Positions 29,670-39,961 are shown, counted from the first letter of the stretch. The stretch is DNA of 64,000 nucleotides from Candidatus Doudnabacteria bacterium (GCA_963840645.1 CAWIZL010000002.1:209663-273662); one strand, 5' to 3'. Notes: a model not told the origin generated them from the sequence alone. Program-made: numbers and translations.

Positions 29670-30674
29670 ATGCACTACCCGAAGACATTGATTTTTGTTT
29701 TGGCAGCCCTCGCAGCTGCTACTTTTGCCACGACAGCATTCGCTGATAGCGTGAGCCCGACCACCGTAACAGAGGGTTCCTCAAGTACCTACGTGCTCGT
29801 TGACTGCACAGGCGCAAGTGGCGGCAACGTCATTGCAAACCTGTTCAGCTCATCTGGCACATCAGTGCCAATCGACACTTATGAAAATGCGATGGGTGTT
29901 AACTGCCAGATCTCGCCCCACTTGGTTAGCGTTCCAGCAAACTTGGACAGTGGCACGTACTATATTGACGTGTACTCAGCTAGTTTTCTCATCGCCGATG
30001 GAACAGAAACAAGGTCAACCGTTGAAGCATCAGCGGGTTTCGTTGAATCGTTCCCCATTACAGTGGTAGGCAATGAGCCAGAGCCTACCCCAACGCCAGA
30101 GCTTACACCGACACCTACGCCAGAGCCCACCTCAGCACCAGTTCCCAATCCTGTGAGTGTGCCAGTTCCAAGTGGCGGCAGCAGCGACACTTCTGCACCT
30201 ACCCCATTCAATGCTGGTTTGCTCAGCGCTGGAAGTGGTCTAGACACTGGGCCAGTGGTTGCAAGTTCGCCAAGTTTGGCTGGGCAGGTTTTGGGCGCTA
30301 GCACCACGGCCCCTCACCCAGATGGCACCCTCGTGTTAAGTGGCCAAACAGTTTACCTCATTCGTAGTGGCGAGCGCTACGCCTTCAGGAACGCAGCAGA
30401 GTTCGAGACCTATGGCTACAGTTTTAGCCAGGTTGTGCCAGCAAACAGTGGAGACCTTGTCCTTCCGTTCACCGCTCAAAATATTTTGAAGGCAAAAGCA
30501 GGTTCTGTCATACTGGATGCGTCCGATAGAAAAACAGTGTACATCATTGGAGAGAACGGCAGTAAGCAAGGTTTTACATCTGCTCGTGCGTTCAGTCAAC
30601 ACGGGTACTCATTTGCGGGCTTACCAGTCATTGACCTGAGCGACTACCCACCAGGTCCCGTAATCGCAGCATAG
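29670..30674 (+). CDS. Secreted surface protein: signal peptide, Ig-like N-domain, PT/PE linker, and two copies of a roughly 50-aa 'TVYxIxxGxxxxFxSxxxFxxxGYSF' module
   Basis: MHYPKTLIFVLAALAAATFATTAFA; EPEPTPTPELTPTPTPEP; GQTVYLIRSGERYAFRNAAEFETYGYSFSQV; KTVYIIGENGSKQGFTSARAFSQHGYSFAGL. Confidence 0.75.
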   Translation: MHYPKTLIFVLAALAAATFATTAFADSVSPTTVTEGSSSTYVLVDCTGASGGNVIANLFSSSGTSVPIDTYENAMGVNCQISPHLVSVPANLDSGTYYIDVYSASFLIADGTETRSTVEASAGFVESFPITVVGNEPEPTPTPELTPTPTPEPTSAPVPNPVSVPVPSGGSSDTSAPTPFNAGLLSAGSGLDTGPVVASSPSLAGQVLGASTTAPHPDGTLVLSGQTVYLIRSGERYAFRNAAEFETYGYSFSQVVPANSGDLVLPFTAQNILKAKAGSVILDASDRKTVYIIGENGSKQGFTSARAFSQHGYSFAGLPVIDLSDYPPGPVIAA

Positions 30675-30704
30675 GATTCTTTCTGCACTGGGAAAATTAG
30701 AGAA

Positions 30705-30800
30705 CAAAAAAAGAGTCTCATTTGTGCTGTCCTCGCATTTCAGCTAACGCGTTGCGCTGCTGAAATTGCTGCGGAGGCACTGCATGAGACTCTTTTTTGC
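30705..30800. terminator. Long bidirectional terminator hairpin between convergent genes
   Basis: AAAAAAAGAGTCTCAT...ATGAGACTCTTTTTT encloses a second imperfect stem. Confidence 0.6.
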
Positions 30801-30827
30801 TCTAATCCCTAGTTTGTGGTTGTTTGA

Positions 30828-31100
30828 CTAGGGAGCTCCTGTGCCAGTTGCTGGAATCATTGGCATTCCACCTTGGCCACTGCCCATCATCTGGTAGCGA
30901 GGTGTCATCCCGTAGCCAGCGCGTCCAATGTAGCCTCTGAATTCTCCAATTTGGAGACCCATCCAGAACACAATGAGCAGGATGACTATGCCGAGCAGCC
31001 AGCGCAGGATGAAAATTCCAATGTGGCCGTGGCCGCCGTACATGCTGCACATTGGGCAAGGGCACATCCCGTGCTTTTGATCTCTTTTGGTTTCTTCCAT
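30828..31100 (-). CDS. Small membrane protein with an N-terminal CPCPMC motif and a Gly/Met-rich tail
   Basis: MEETKRDQKHGMCPCPMCSMYGGHGH, then TM segment IGIFILRWLLGIVILLIVFWMGL. The ATG at 31100 is preferred over the TTG at 31136. Confidence 0.55.
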   Translation of the reverse strand: MEETKRDQKHGMCPCPMCSMYGGHGHIGIFILRWLLGIVILLIVFWMGLQIGEFRGYIGRAGYGMTPRYQMMGSGQGGMPMIPATGTGAP

Positions 31101-31238
31101 ATTTTTACTTTTCTCTTTAATGCTTACTCGAACCAAGTGTTCCCATTATACCACACGCTGCAGCTTTATCCACATGCACCTAGACACTACTGCTGGGCTG
31201 GATATAATGAGGCTACGCACGGGAATTAAAAACACAAA

Positions 31239-32549
31239 ATGAATAAAAGAATTGTAGGCCTCGTCTTGCTCTTGGCCATTGCGTCCAGCGTGAACAGTTC
31301 CACTGCACGCGCAGCTGCTGATGCAGCTGGCAGCAACGTGGTGTCAGGTGGCACGGTGTACTTCATCAGTGCCTCTGGGCAGAAGCAGGCGTACACGTCT
31401 GCTGGCGCTTTCTTGTCCTACGGCTTTAACTCGTGGGCAAACGTTACCCCAGCAACGTCTGATGACCTGAGCCTGCCAACTGGTTCCTTTGTTCCGCCAA
31501 TGGACGGTTCGCTCATCAATGACGGAGGCACGGTGTACGTCATCACCGGTGGCGAGCGCGCAGCGTTCACGTCTGCAGCTGTGTTCACCGCACTCGGCTA
31601 CTCGTTCTCAAACGTCATTCCTGGCGACACGTCGTTTCTGCAGTCTCTCCCAGACATTAACTCATCGAGCGCTGCGCACCTGCCAGGTGCCATTATCCTT
31701 GACCACATCACAACGCCGCCAACAGCCTACCTTGTGACAGCTTCTGGCAAAGACGGCATACCTTCACCCGCAGTGTTCAATTCGTGGGGGTACTCGTGGG
31801 CTGACGCTGTGACAGCGGACAGTTTTGACTGGGTGCTGCCGCAGGTTGGGGTGATGCCCCAAAGAATTTCTGGGTACCTCAGCCCCCTGAGCCAGCCAGC
31901 CAGTGTGTCACCAACAAACCCCGCGACTGGGGCAGTCACAATTTCTGAGGTTGGCTCAACTGGTGTCACGGGTACATCTGCGACTGTAACGTGGTACACA
32001 GACAACCTGGCGAGCAGCACTGTGAACTACGGCACCAACACAACGTACTCTGCTACGCCAGTGACGAGCGCAGCGCTCACGCTCTTCCACACCATCCAGC
32101 TGGTGGGCTTGCAGCCAAACACAACGTACCACTACGACGTGTCATCACAGGCTGCAGGTGGCGCAACTGGAACCTCTGCTGACGCAACGTTCACCACTTC
32201 ACAGGCACAGGCCAGCGTGAGCGTAACCCCAACGGCTCTCACGTTCGGCCCCATCGAAGTGGCGACGAGCAGCGATCCACAGTCCATCACCATTTTGAAC
32301 CAGGGTTCGGCAGGCCTGAACATTGTGAGCGCTGTGTCTTCAAACTTCCAGTTCGTTGTGACAGGCTTGTCTACCACGGGGCTTACACCTCTGCCAGCTG
32401 GCCAGCCCGTGACCCTTTCAGTTGTTTTCAATCCGGGAACCCTGGATACCGTAACTGGTAGTGTGACCATTACCTTTGACGCTGCTCCAGCCCAAGTGGT
32501 GAATTTGACAGGCACGTCGTACCCAGCGCCATCGCCAACTCCAACGTGA
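31239..32549 (+). CDS. Secreted surface protein: three copies of the 'TVYxIxxGxxxxFxSxxxFxxxGY' module, an FN3/purple-acid-phosphatase-N-like domain, and an ASPM/Hydin-like Ig domain
   Basis: A signal peptide is present. Contains GGTVYFISASGQKQAYTSAGAFLSYGFNSW, GGTVYVITGGERAAFTSAAVFTALGYSFSNV, SATVTWYTDNLASSTVNYGTNTTY...PNTTYHYDV and LTFGPIEVATSSDPQSITILNQGSAGLNI. Confidence 0.8.
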   Translation: MNKRIVGLVLLLAIASSVNSSTARAAADAAGSNVVSGGTVYFISASGQKQAYTSAGAFLSYGFNSWANVTPATSDDLSLPTGSFVPPMDGSLINDGGTVYVITGGERAAFTSAAVFTALGYSFSNVIPGDTSFLQSLPDINSSSAAHLPGAIILDHITTPPTAYLVTASGKDGIPSPAVFNSWGYSWADAVTADSFDWVLPQVGVMPQRISGYLSPLSQPASVSPTNPATGAVTISEVGSTGVTGTSATVTWYTDNLASSTVNYGTNTTYSATPVTSAALTLFHTIQLVGLQPNTTYHYDVSSQAAGGATGTSADATFTTSQAQASVSVTPTALTFGPIEVATSSDPQSITILNQGSAGLNIVSAVSSNFQFVVTGLSTTGLTPLPAGQPVTLSVVFNPGTLDTVTGSVTITFDAAPAQVVNLTGTSYPAPSPTPT

Positions 32550-32677
32550 GGTAGCGGCAGCCCTAGTGTTTCTACGCCAGACGTGGTATGATAGCAGTAG
32601 AGCATTTGTTTTTGGATAATTCGTCGAGCTCCAAAAAGTATTTTGAAGCAGTTCAGGAATTTATTAAAACTACAATC

Positions 32678-32899
32678 ATGACAGGAAAAGTAGCAAAGAT
32701 CATGCCAGATAAGCCATTCGGCTTTATCACCCCAGACGGCGAGACAAAGGATCTGTTCTTCCACCAGAACTCTCTGGTTGGAATTTCGATCACAGACCTC
32801 CGCGCAGGGGATGCAGTGACCTTTGAAGTTGAGGATTCTCCTCCAAAACCAGGCGACACTGCAAAGAGGCAGAACGCTGTGAACGTGCAGAAAGCTTAA
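32678..32899 (+). CDS. Cold-shock domain protein (CspA family-like)
   Basis: MTGKVAKIMPDKPFGFITPDGETKDLFFHQNSL...GDAVTFEV. The internal ATG at 32678 is preferred over the ORF-track start at 32588. Confidence 0.75.
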   Translation: MTGKVAKIMPDKPFGFITPDGETKDLFFHQNSLVGISITDLRAGDAVTFEVEDSPPKPGDTAKRQNAVNVQKA

Positions 32900-32908
32900 T
32901 AGCCAAAG

Positions 32909-32995
32909 CAAAAAGAACATCCGCCTCGCGCTCGTTTCTTGGCTTTCGCTCTGCGAAAGAAACGAAACTCGAAGCTCGTCGGATGTTCTTTTTGT
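32909..32995. repeat. Conserved long-hairpin bidirectional-terminator element (type 1)
   Basis: AAAAGAACATCCG...GTTTCTTGGCTTTCGCTCTGCGAAAGAAACGAAACTCGAAGCTCGT...CGGATGTTCTTTT lies between convergent stops at 32899 and 33008. Confidence 0.7.
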
Positions 32996-33007
32996 TTTGG
33001 TTCGTAC

Positions 33008-33481
33008 TTACTTCTGAACGTTCAGCACTGCTGCGCCACCGCCGTCGCAGGTGACATTGCTGCTCTCGACTGCTGATGTGTGCAGGAGCACCCAGCCGTA
33101 GCCTGGAATGGTGAAGGTCTGGCTATCTGCTTCAATCACGTGCGATTTTGCATCCCTGTTGTCGAGCATCACGACGTCACCCTTTGCCACCTGCATAGTG
33201 CCAGGTGTTCCGTGGCAAGATACGAACTGGATTCTGTACGGGTGTGCGGCAACCTCTTGTCCGTACGTTGATGCAGCTGCGGGGTTGGTGCCAGAGGCTG
33301 TGGTAGCTGTTGGCGAAGGCGTTGGGCTCATGGCTGGCTGGCTCTCCATGGATGTGGTTGCTTGCATTGCCGCTTCGTTCTTGCGGTGCACGTGGACAGC
33401 CCACGCGATGATCACAATAATAACGATAACCCCAACTACGATGTACGCAATGTACATGTTCCGCTGCTGTTCTTTGGTCAT
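33008..33481 (-). CDS. Membrane-anchored hypothetical protein with a C-terminal two-cysteine beta-sandwich domain (paralogue of 1187..1714)
   Basis: TM segment YIAYIVVGVIVIIVIIAWAV, a PT/S-rich linker, then RIQFVSCHGTPGTMQVAKGDVVMLDNRD...NVTCDGG. Confidence 0.65.
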   Translation of the reverse strand: MTKEQQRNMYIAYIVVGVIVIIVIIAWAVHVHRKNEAAMQATTSMESQPAMSPTPSPTATTASGTNPAAASTYGQEVAAHPYRIQFVSCHGTPGTMQVAKGDVVMLDNRDAKSHVIEADSQTFTIPGYGWVLLHTSAVESSNVTCDGGGAAVLNVQK

Positions 33482-33645
33482 ACCTCAAATCCTTGTTTAA
33501 TGCTAATTTAATGCCTTTATGCTATCACTCTACTCCTTTTCAGGGGAGTTGGCACGGATGTTATCCACAGCGTTTCTGCATCCTTGACCCTGCTTTTCAG
33601 TGCTGTTAAACTTATATTATCTAATATTTAGTTTACTGAAACATC

Positions 33646-34068
33646 ATGGACAAGGGCAGGGCTGACGAAATCACATCAGTGTTCTATAGCTTCTGGCGTC
33701 GGTTGCGCCAGGAGCTATCGACGGGCAGTCCGCTGCTGGAGTTCACGATGCCGCAGCTTGAAGCCCTGCGCTACATTGGCGAGCAGGGGCAGGTTTCAAT
33801 GCGTGCACTCGCAGATTTCTTGTCTGTTGCGCCGCCGTCAGCCACCAGCCTCACCAACCACCTTGAAGAGCTCGGCTTTGTTGTCCGCCAGCGCGATGAG
33901 GCCAGCCGCCGCAGCGTCAAGCTCAGCCTCACGAAAGTGGGTAGCGGCGTGCTTGCCCGAGCAGTGCGCGAACGATCCAGCAAGATGAAAATCTTGCTCG
34001 GGTCACTGAGCATCCAAGAGCAGCACGGCCTGCTTGAGCTGTTCAAAAAAATGTCCCAGAAAAATTAA
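33646..34068 (+). CDS. MarR family transcriptional regulator
   Basis: Winged-helix region LEALRYIGEQGQVSMRALADFLSVAPPSATSLTNHLEELGFVVRQRDEASRRSVKLSLT. Confidence 0.85.
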   Translation: MDKGRADEITSVFYSFWRRLRQELSTGSPLLEFTMPQLEALRYIGEQGQVSMRALADFLSVAPPSATSLTNHLEELGFVVRQRDEASRRSVKLSLTKVGSGVLARAVRERSSKMKILLGSLSIQEQHGLLELFKKMSQKN

Positions 34069-34088
34069 ATTTCCACTAACCCACCACA

Positions 34089-35627
34089 ATGAACAGGTAC
34101 ACTGCCACTGTTACTGCCTCAGTCGTAATCATTGCGCTGGTAACTGCGTACACCAGCCACGCGCTCACAGAGCGCCCAACGTTCAGCACCACCACTGTCC
34201 AAGCTACCAACGTCGTGCAGGGCGTTGAGACGAGCGGCACTGTGCAGGCAGCCCAGAGCGTTGACCTGTCCTTCCAAATTGCCGGCACGGTGAGCTCTGT
34301 CCCAGTCGCCGTTGGCGATAGCGTGAAGGCTGGCGAGGTTTTGGCATCGCTCAATAGCCAGAGCAGCCACGCGAGCGTAGACCAGGCGCGCGCAGCTGTT
34401 GCAGCAGCCCAGGCCGCGTACAAAAAAGTTATTGACGGCTCAACCAGCGCGCAGACAGACGTGGCCAGCACGGCACTCACCAGCGCGCAGACAGCTTTGG
34501 CAAATGCAGTTGCAGCGCAAACTGCATCTGCAGCGCAGCAGACAAACTCAGTGCAGAACGCTGACAGTGCAATGCTGAACGATGGACTTGCGGCAATTTC
34601 AGGCAGCGGCAACGATGATGGCGTGACGGCGACTGTCACCGGCACGTACACTGGTTCTGCTGGCGGCACGTACAACGTGAGCATATACAGCACGGGCAAT
34701 GGCCCAGAGTTCCAGGCGAAAGGACTCGAGTTCAGCTCTGGTGCCGTGAAAACTGTGCCAGTGCTACTCGGCACCATGGGGCTGTACATTCAGTTCAGCG
34801 GAACGCCGTCAACGAGCGACACGTACACCGTGAGCATTCCAAACACGTCAGCGGCAGGCTACGTGGCAGCCAGCAATGCGTACCAGGCAGCGCTCCAGGC
34901 GCAGGCGCAAGCAGCAACAGCAGCCCAGGCAGCTGTTGCCTCTGCACAAGATGCCGTGAGCCAGGCGCAGGCAAACTTGAATTTAACACAGACGCCGGCT
35001 CGGCCAGAAGACGTGGCAGCAGCCCAGGCCCAGGTTAACTCCGCAGAGGCTGCACTCGAAAGCGCAGAGGCTGCAAACAGCAACACAGAAATAACCGCCC
35101 CGTTCGACGGCACCGTTACAGAAGTTGACGCCAAGATTGACCAGACAGCGTCGCCTGGAAGCCCAGAGGTCAGCATGATTTCAAACCAAATGTTCCAGGC
35201 AGTGATGTACGTTTCTCAGACAGACCTCGGCCGCGTGAACATTGGCGACCCAGCGCAGGTTACGCTCGACGCGTACGGCAGTGCCAGCTGGTTCCCGGCA
35301 ACCGTGGTTGCCATTGACCCAGACGCAACCACCGTGGGCAACGTTCCCGGCTACAAGGTGACGCTCCAGTTCAACCAGAACGATGCGCTCATCAAAGATG
35401 GCCTAGCGGCAAACATCACCGTGACAGACGCAACGCACGCCAATGTCTTGGCAGTGCCGCAGAGCGCACTCTTCACGCAGGGCGACCAGAACGTGGTGCT
35501 CGAGCAGGGGAGTGGCGGTGCCATCAAGCAGGTTCCAGTCCAGCTCGGCACCACAGGTTTGAACGGCATGGTTGAGGTTGCCTCAGGCTTGGGCGCTGGT
35601 GACCAGGTTGTATACTTCGGCAAGTAA
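34089..35627 (+). CDS. Efflux membrane-fusion (periplasmic adaptor, HlyD/MacA-like) protein with a long Ala/Gln-rich coiled coil
   Basis: N-terminal TM segment. Lipoyl-like motif SFQIAGTVSSVPVAVGDSVKAGEVLASL ... ITAPFDGTVTEVDAKIDQ. C-terminal beta-barrel. Confidence 0.8.
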   Translation: MNRYTATVTASVVIIALVTAYTSHALTERPTFSTTTVQATNVVQGVETSGTVQAAQSVDLSFQIAGTVSSVPVAVGDSVKAGEVLASLNSQSSHASVDQARAAVAAAQAAYKKVIDGSTSAQTDVASTALTSAQTALANAVAAQTASAAQQTNSVQNADSAMLNDGLAAISGSGNDDGVTATVTGTYTGSAGGTYNVSIYSTGNGPEFQAKGLEFSSGAVKTVPVLLGTMGLYIQFSGTPSTSDTYTVSIPNTSAAGYVAASNAYQAALQAQAQAATAAQAAVASAQDAVSQAQANLNLTQTPARPEDVAAAQAQVNSAEAALESAEAANSNTEITAPFDGTVTEVDAKIDQTASPGSPEVSMISNQMFQAVMYVSQTDLGRVNIGDPAQVTLDAYGSASWFPATVVAIDPDATTVGNVPGYKVTLQFNQNDALIKDGLAANITVTDATHANVLAVPQSALFTQGDQNVVLEQGSGGAIKQVPVQLGTTGLNGMVEVASGLGAGDQVVYFGK

Positions 35628-35638
35628 AAAATACGAAA

Positions 35639-36292
35639 ATGGACAAAGAAGAAAAGGAATCGCCAAAGAAGAGCCAGTCAATTCTAAAGAACAGGTGGGT
35701 GCAGAGCGTCGGCGCTATTGCCCTAGTGCTAATTATCGCGGGAGGTTTTCTCTACCTTCAAACCGAACGCCAGGAAGTTGGCATTGACACATCGATTATC
35801 AGTGCGCCATCCATTGAGCTGTCGCCAACGACCGGAGGTGTCCTACAGCAAACCTACGTTAATGAGGGTGACAGCGTGCCCGCAAACACGGCAGTTGCGC
35901 TCATTGGCACAGAGCTCGTGAAGACAAAAGTTGCGGGCATCATCACGAACGTGCAGAACGATGTGGGCGAGAGCTTCACGCCAGGCCAGACCGTGGTGAC
36001 CATGGTTGACCCAACGCAGCTGCGCGTTGTCGGCACAATTGATGAGAACAAGGGCTTGGACAGAATCAGCGTTGGCCAGCCAGCGGTATTCACCGTGGAC
36101 GCGTTCGGCTCAAAGCAGTACAAGGGCATTGTGGATGAGATCAGCTCAACGGCCAATTCATCTGACGTCGTGTTCAATATTTCTGACGAGCGCGAGACGC
36201 AGCAGTTTGATGTCTACGTCCGCTTTGATCCAACAGAGTACCCAGAGCTGAAGAACGGCATGTCTGCAAAGCTGACCATTTTTACCAACTAG
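35639..36292 (+). CDS. HlyD/EmrA-family membrane-fusion protein (short)
   Basis: TM anchor, then GGVLQQTYVNEGDSVPANTAVALI...VAGIITNV...VGTIDEN. Confidence 0.8.
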   Translation: MDKEEKESPKKSQSILKNRWVQSVGAIALVLIIAGGFLYLQTERQEVGIDTSIISAPSIELSPTTGGVLQQTYVNEGDSVPANTAVALIGTELVKTKVAGIITNVQNDVGESFTPGQTVVTMVDPTQLRVVGTIDENKGLDRISVGQPAVFTVDAFGSKQYKGIVDEISSTANSSDVVFNISDERETQQFDVYVRFDPTEYPELKNGMSAKLTIFTN

Positions 36293-36295
36293 GCA

Positions 36296-37785
36296 ATGGC
36301 AGCTGAAGGCGAGTCAAACCTAAAGTGGTGGGTGCTGCTCACCGTCATCATTGGCACGTTCTTGGGCAGGCTTGACCAGACAGTGGTGAACCTTGCCCTG
36401 CCGAAAATTATTGACGACTTTGGCATCAGCGTCTCAGCTGCTGGCTGGATTGCCACTGCGTACATTCTGGCGAACGCAATTTTCGTGCCAATTTGGGGCA
36501 AGCTCGGCGACACCATTGGCCGCAAGAAAGTGTACATTATTGGGTTCGTGGTTTTTATAATTGGCTCGGCGCTCGCGGGGCTCTCGTGGAACCTGACGCT
36601 CCATGATCGTGTTCCGCGTCATCCAGTCTATTGCGGGCAGCGCAGACTACCCAACGGCAATGGCTATTTTAGCGGTCACGTTCACGGGAACGAAGGAGCG
36701 TGCGCAGGCGCTGGGCATTTGGTCGTCATCGTTTGCGGCTGCCGCTGTATTTGGCCGCTCATCGGCTGGCCTGCTTGATAGACAACTTTGGGTGGCGCTC
36801 AGTGTTTCTGGTGAACATTCCAGTTGGCATAGTCGGGTTGTTCATGGCAATCACGTTCGTACACGAGTCTATGGCTGAAAAACCGACCACGCACTTTGAC
36901 TGGTGGGGTGCGATCACCCTCGGCATTGCGCTCTCGGCACTCGTGCTCGTGCTCGACCAGGGCACGACGTGGGGTTGGACAGCCATGTACTCTGTGCTGT
37001 GCTACGTTGCCACAGTTGCATTCACGTGGATTTTTATATCAATAGAGCACCGGTCGCCAGAGCCAATTGTGGATCTGCGCTTCTTCAAGATTCCAGCGTT
37101 CGTCAACACGCTCTGGAACAACTTCATTGTGTTCATGGGCTTGATGGGCAGCATCTTCCTCATCCCAATTTTTGCTCAGACGTTCATGGGGTACACGGCA
37201 ACGCAGAGCGGGTACCTATTCATTCCGCTGGCTGTAGCGCTCATGGCAGCAGCGCCAATTGGCGGCTCGCTCATTGGGCGCGTGCGGCCTGGGTACGTCA
37301 TTGCCGCGAGCACCTTGGTGGCAGGCATTGGCATTTACATGTTCTCGTTTTTAATTGACCCGCGCTCTGGTCCAATGGCCATCATCATCCCGTTGTCTGT
37401 TATGGCGTTCGGCTTAGGCTTTGGCATGGCGCAGCGCACCAACATTGTGGCGCAGGTTGTTGAGCAGGATGAAATCGGTGTCGCGTCCTCAATTTTGGCG
37501 CTCGTGCGAAATATTTCGGGCGCGTTCGGCATTGCGATTTTCGCGACAATTCTAAACAACATTACGAACGCGAACGTCTTGAACCTCGGCCGCGGCAGCG
37601 TGCTGCAGAGCACAAACCCATCAGATTACCAGAAGTTCATAGCGCTCATTATTCTGAAGGCGCAGGTGTCCGCGTACAGCGAGGTGTTCCTGGTAGCCGC
37701 AGTGCTCGTGTTCATTGGTGCCGTGGCAGCGCTGTGGATCCGTGTCGGCCACCAGAACAGCGACGTGCACGTTATGGTAGAATAA
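36296..37785 (+). CDS. MFS transporter, DHA2 (EmrB/QacA-like, 14-TM) family, with two frameshifts (about 36600 and 36750; ORF pieces 36296..36778, 36603..36878, 36700..37785)
   Basis: LDQTVVNLALPKI, GKLGDTIGRKKVYIIG, then MIVFRVIQSIAGSADYPTAMAIL in a second frame and LIDNFGWRSVFLVNIPVG in a third. Confidence 0.85.
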
Positions 37786-37806
37786 GGTAAACATTCACCC
37801 CGACAC

Positions 37807-38535
37807 ATGGAAGCAATACTGCTCTCGCTGGCAACGTTCTGCTCTACGTTTTTCGGTGGCCTCTTCTCGATTAAGTTCAAGGACAAGCTTCACTTGATCA
37901 TGGGTTTTGCCGCTGGCGTGCTCATCGGCGTGTTCGCGTTCGACATTTTTCCAGAGGTCATTGGCCAGGTTCAGCAGCACGGCTACAATGCGATTGGGCC
38001 AATGGTGGCGTTCGTCACGGCGTTCATGCTGTTCCACGTTTTAGAGAAGACCATCCTCATCCACCACGCGCACGAGGGTGAGTACGCAGAGCACCACCAC
38101 CCGCAGGTTGGCATCCTGTCAGCGCTCGCGCTGGCTGGCCACAGCTTCATGGACGGCGTTGGCATTGGGCTCGGTTTCCAGGTTAGCCCGGCAGTGGGTC
38201 TGCTCGTTGCCGTTGCCGTGATAGCCCACGACTTCACAGACGGCATGAACACTGTCACGCTCTTGCTGACGAATAAAAACTCTACCACTCGGGCAAGGTG
38301 GTTCTTGTTCCTAGACGCTCTCACGCCGGTGCTGGGCGTTGCCTCAACGTTATTTTTTAGAGTGCCGCCGTACTTTCTGACGCTGTACCTTGGTTTCTTC
38401 GGCGGCTTCATCATGTACATTGGCGCGAGCGACATTCTGCCAGAGGCGCACAGCGAGCACAGCAGCTTCAAGATAATTGGGCTGACGTTGCTCGGTCGTA
38501 TTCACGTTCTTGGTGACAAGGGTTGCCTGACTTAA
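37807..38535 (+). CDS. ZIP family metal (zinc) transporter, ZupT-like
   Basis: HHAHEGEYAEHHHP loop, HSFMDGVGIGLGF, AHDFTDG. The last roughly 15 codons read better in another frame (..GVVFTFLVTRVA), so a further indel is possible. Confidence 0.85.
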   Translation: MEAILLSLATFCSTFFGGLFSIKFKDKLHLIMGFAAGVLIGVFAFDIFPEVIGQVQQHGYNAIGPMVAFVTAFMLFHVLEKTILIHHAHEGEYAEHHHPQVGILSALALAGHSFMDGVGIGLGFQVSPAVGLLVAVAVIAHDFTDGMNTVTLLLTNKNSTTRARWFLFLDALTPVLGVASTLFFRVPPYFLTLYLGFFGGFIMYIGASDILPEAHSEHSSFKIIGLTLLGRIHVLGDKGCLT

Positions 38536-38627
38536 ACGGAAAGAAGGTTTTCGCGGGCGGTTTGTTTCTTGGCTTTTGCTTCGCAAAAGAAACGAAACTC
38601 AAAGCCCGCGAAAACCTTCTTTCCGTT
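38536..38627. repeat. Conserved long-hairpin bidirectional-terminator element (type 1)
   Basis: AACGGAAAGAAGGTTTTCGCGGGC...GTTTCTTGGCTTTTGCTTCGCAAAAGAAACGAAACTCAAAGCCCGCGAAAACCTTCTTTCCGTT. Confidence 0.7.
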
Positions 38628-38642
38628 TAGAGCCGTTCTGAG

Positions 38643-39312
38643 TTAGCCCTGCAGCTCCAGCGGGTGCTGCTTGAGCAGCTGCCCGTAGTACGCCAAGTTT
38701 CTCGCTAAATTTTTTGCCATGTGCTGGGTTGCCTTGCTCTTGAGGCGCGCCGCACGCTCTAGCGCGGTCGGCTTTCCAACCTCTCCAACCCAGTACGCAC
38801 AGCACTCTGGCGGCAAGGTGAAGTTCATGAACGTCAGCACCTCCATGATAGAGCCGAGCGTTGCCTGAGCGCCGTCTTCGCTGCCCGTTATTACAATGCC
38901 AGCCACTTTATTGAGGAGCGCACTCCTGCCATTGGCAATGTACTCTTCGTCGAGTGCATCCATGCGCTCAATGACCCGCTGCATGAGGCTGGAGCGTCCA
39001 CCCCACCAAATTGGCGTTGCAAAGATGACCACGTCAGCGGCCTTGAGCTTCACCACAATTCCCGGCCACTCATCGTTTGCGCCCTCTTTGAACCCAAGCC
39101 CAACCGGGATCTCTTTATCTGCAAGGCGAATTTCTTCACTGGCAACTTTGCAGTATTCCCCCATGTTCTTCACGACGAGCTCAGCGAGCTTCTCCCGTAT
39201 TCGAGATACTCTTGCCACGCCTGTGCTTCAGAGATGCGTTGAGGATGAGCACGTTGAGTTTCTGGTTCTTATTCGGCACGGCGCAATTTTGTACTGGCTT
39301 TGTTTTGTACAT
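38643..39312 (-). CDS. Flavodoxin-like fold NAD(P)H-dependent FMN reductase family protein, with one frameshift at about 39200
   Basis: The N-terminal piece MYKTKPV..KLNVLILNASLKH is in another frame (ATG at 39312). It continues ..VVIFATPIWWGGRSSLMQRVIERMD...AGIVITGSEDG. Confidence 0.7.
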
Positions 39313-39342
39313 AGGATTAGATCGCTATTGTTGCTCTATTTT

Positions 39343-39606
39343 TTACTCTACGCCTGTTTTATCGTCCTCGCTGAGTGCCGCGTAGACTTGCTGGGCGAGG
39401 TCAGAGAGGTTTGTGGCGTCATCGTAGCTGACGTCATTGTCGTCTGCCAGCTCGTGCAGCTTTTCTATTGCCTCGTCTGTGCCAGCTTCTGCGAGGGACA
39501 TAATCTGCCCGTAGCTGGGCTGTCCGTGGTCACTGAGCCAGTCAAATGCTTGGGCAACTGGCCGCGAGCTCGTGTCTGACGGGTCTTGTTCTTTAAAGTT
39601 GGGCAT
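39343..39606 (-). CDS. Hypothetical small acidic protein
   Basis: A clean 87-aa ORF, D/E-rich; no family recognised. Confidence 0.5.
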   Translation of the reverse strand: MPNFKEQDPSDTSSRPVAQAFDWLSDHGQPSYGQIMSLAEAGTDEAIEKLHELADDNDVSYDDATNLSDLAQQVYAALSEDDKTGVE

Positions 39607-39679
39607 TGTTTTTTCTTTACTTGTCTTACGGTTTAGTCTAGCATCTTAGTGTGCGTAATAGAAAGCGAGGTGATGAAGC

Positions 39680-39868
39680 ATGCCAAAGTACTCAAAGGGT
39701 GCGCAGAAGAAAGTTGAGCGAGCCATGCACGAAATGAAGGCAGGCAAGCTCAAGAGCGGCCGCAGCGGTAAAAAGGTGACAAACCCAAAGCAGGCTGTTG
39801 CCATTGGACTGTCAGAGGCTCGCAAGAGGGGCGCAAAGGTTCCGGCAAAGCGCAGCAACAAACGCTAG
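39680..39868 (+). CDS. Small basic protein, DUF6496-like
   Basis: MPKYSKGAQKKVERAMHEMKAGKLKSGRSGKKVTNPKQAVAIGLSEARKRGAKVP. This matches from memory the conserved small-protein family annotated DUF6496. Confidence 0.6.
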   Translation: MPKYSKGAQKKVERAMHEMKAGKLKSGRSGKKVTNPKQAVAIGLSEARKRGAKVPAKRSNKR

Positions 39869-39961
39869 CTGTGCACATCTCAATTGACACAGGTATTTGC
39901 GAGAGTACACTTGAATGGTGTGGAAAATTAAGCGTTGCTGAAATAATTAACTGAAAAAATT

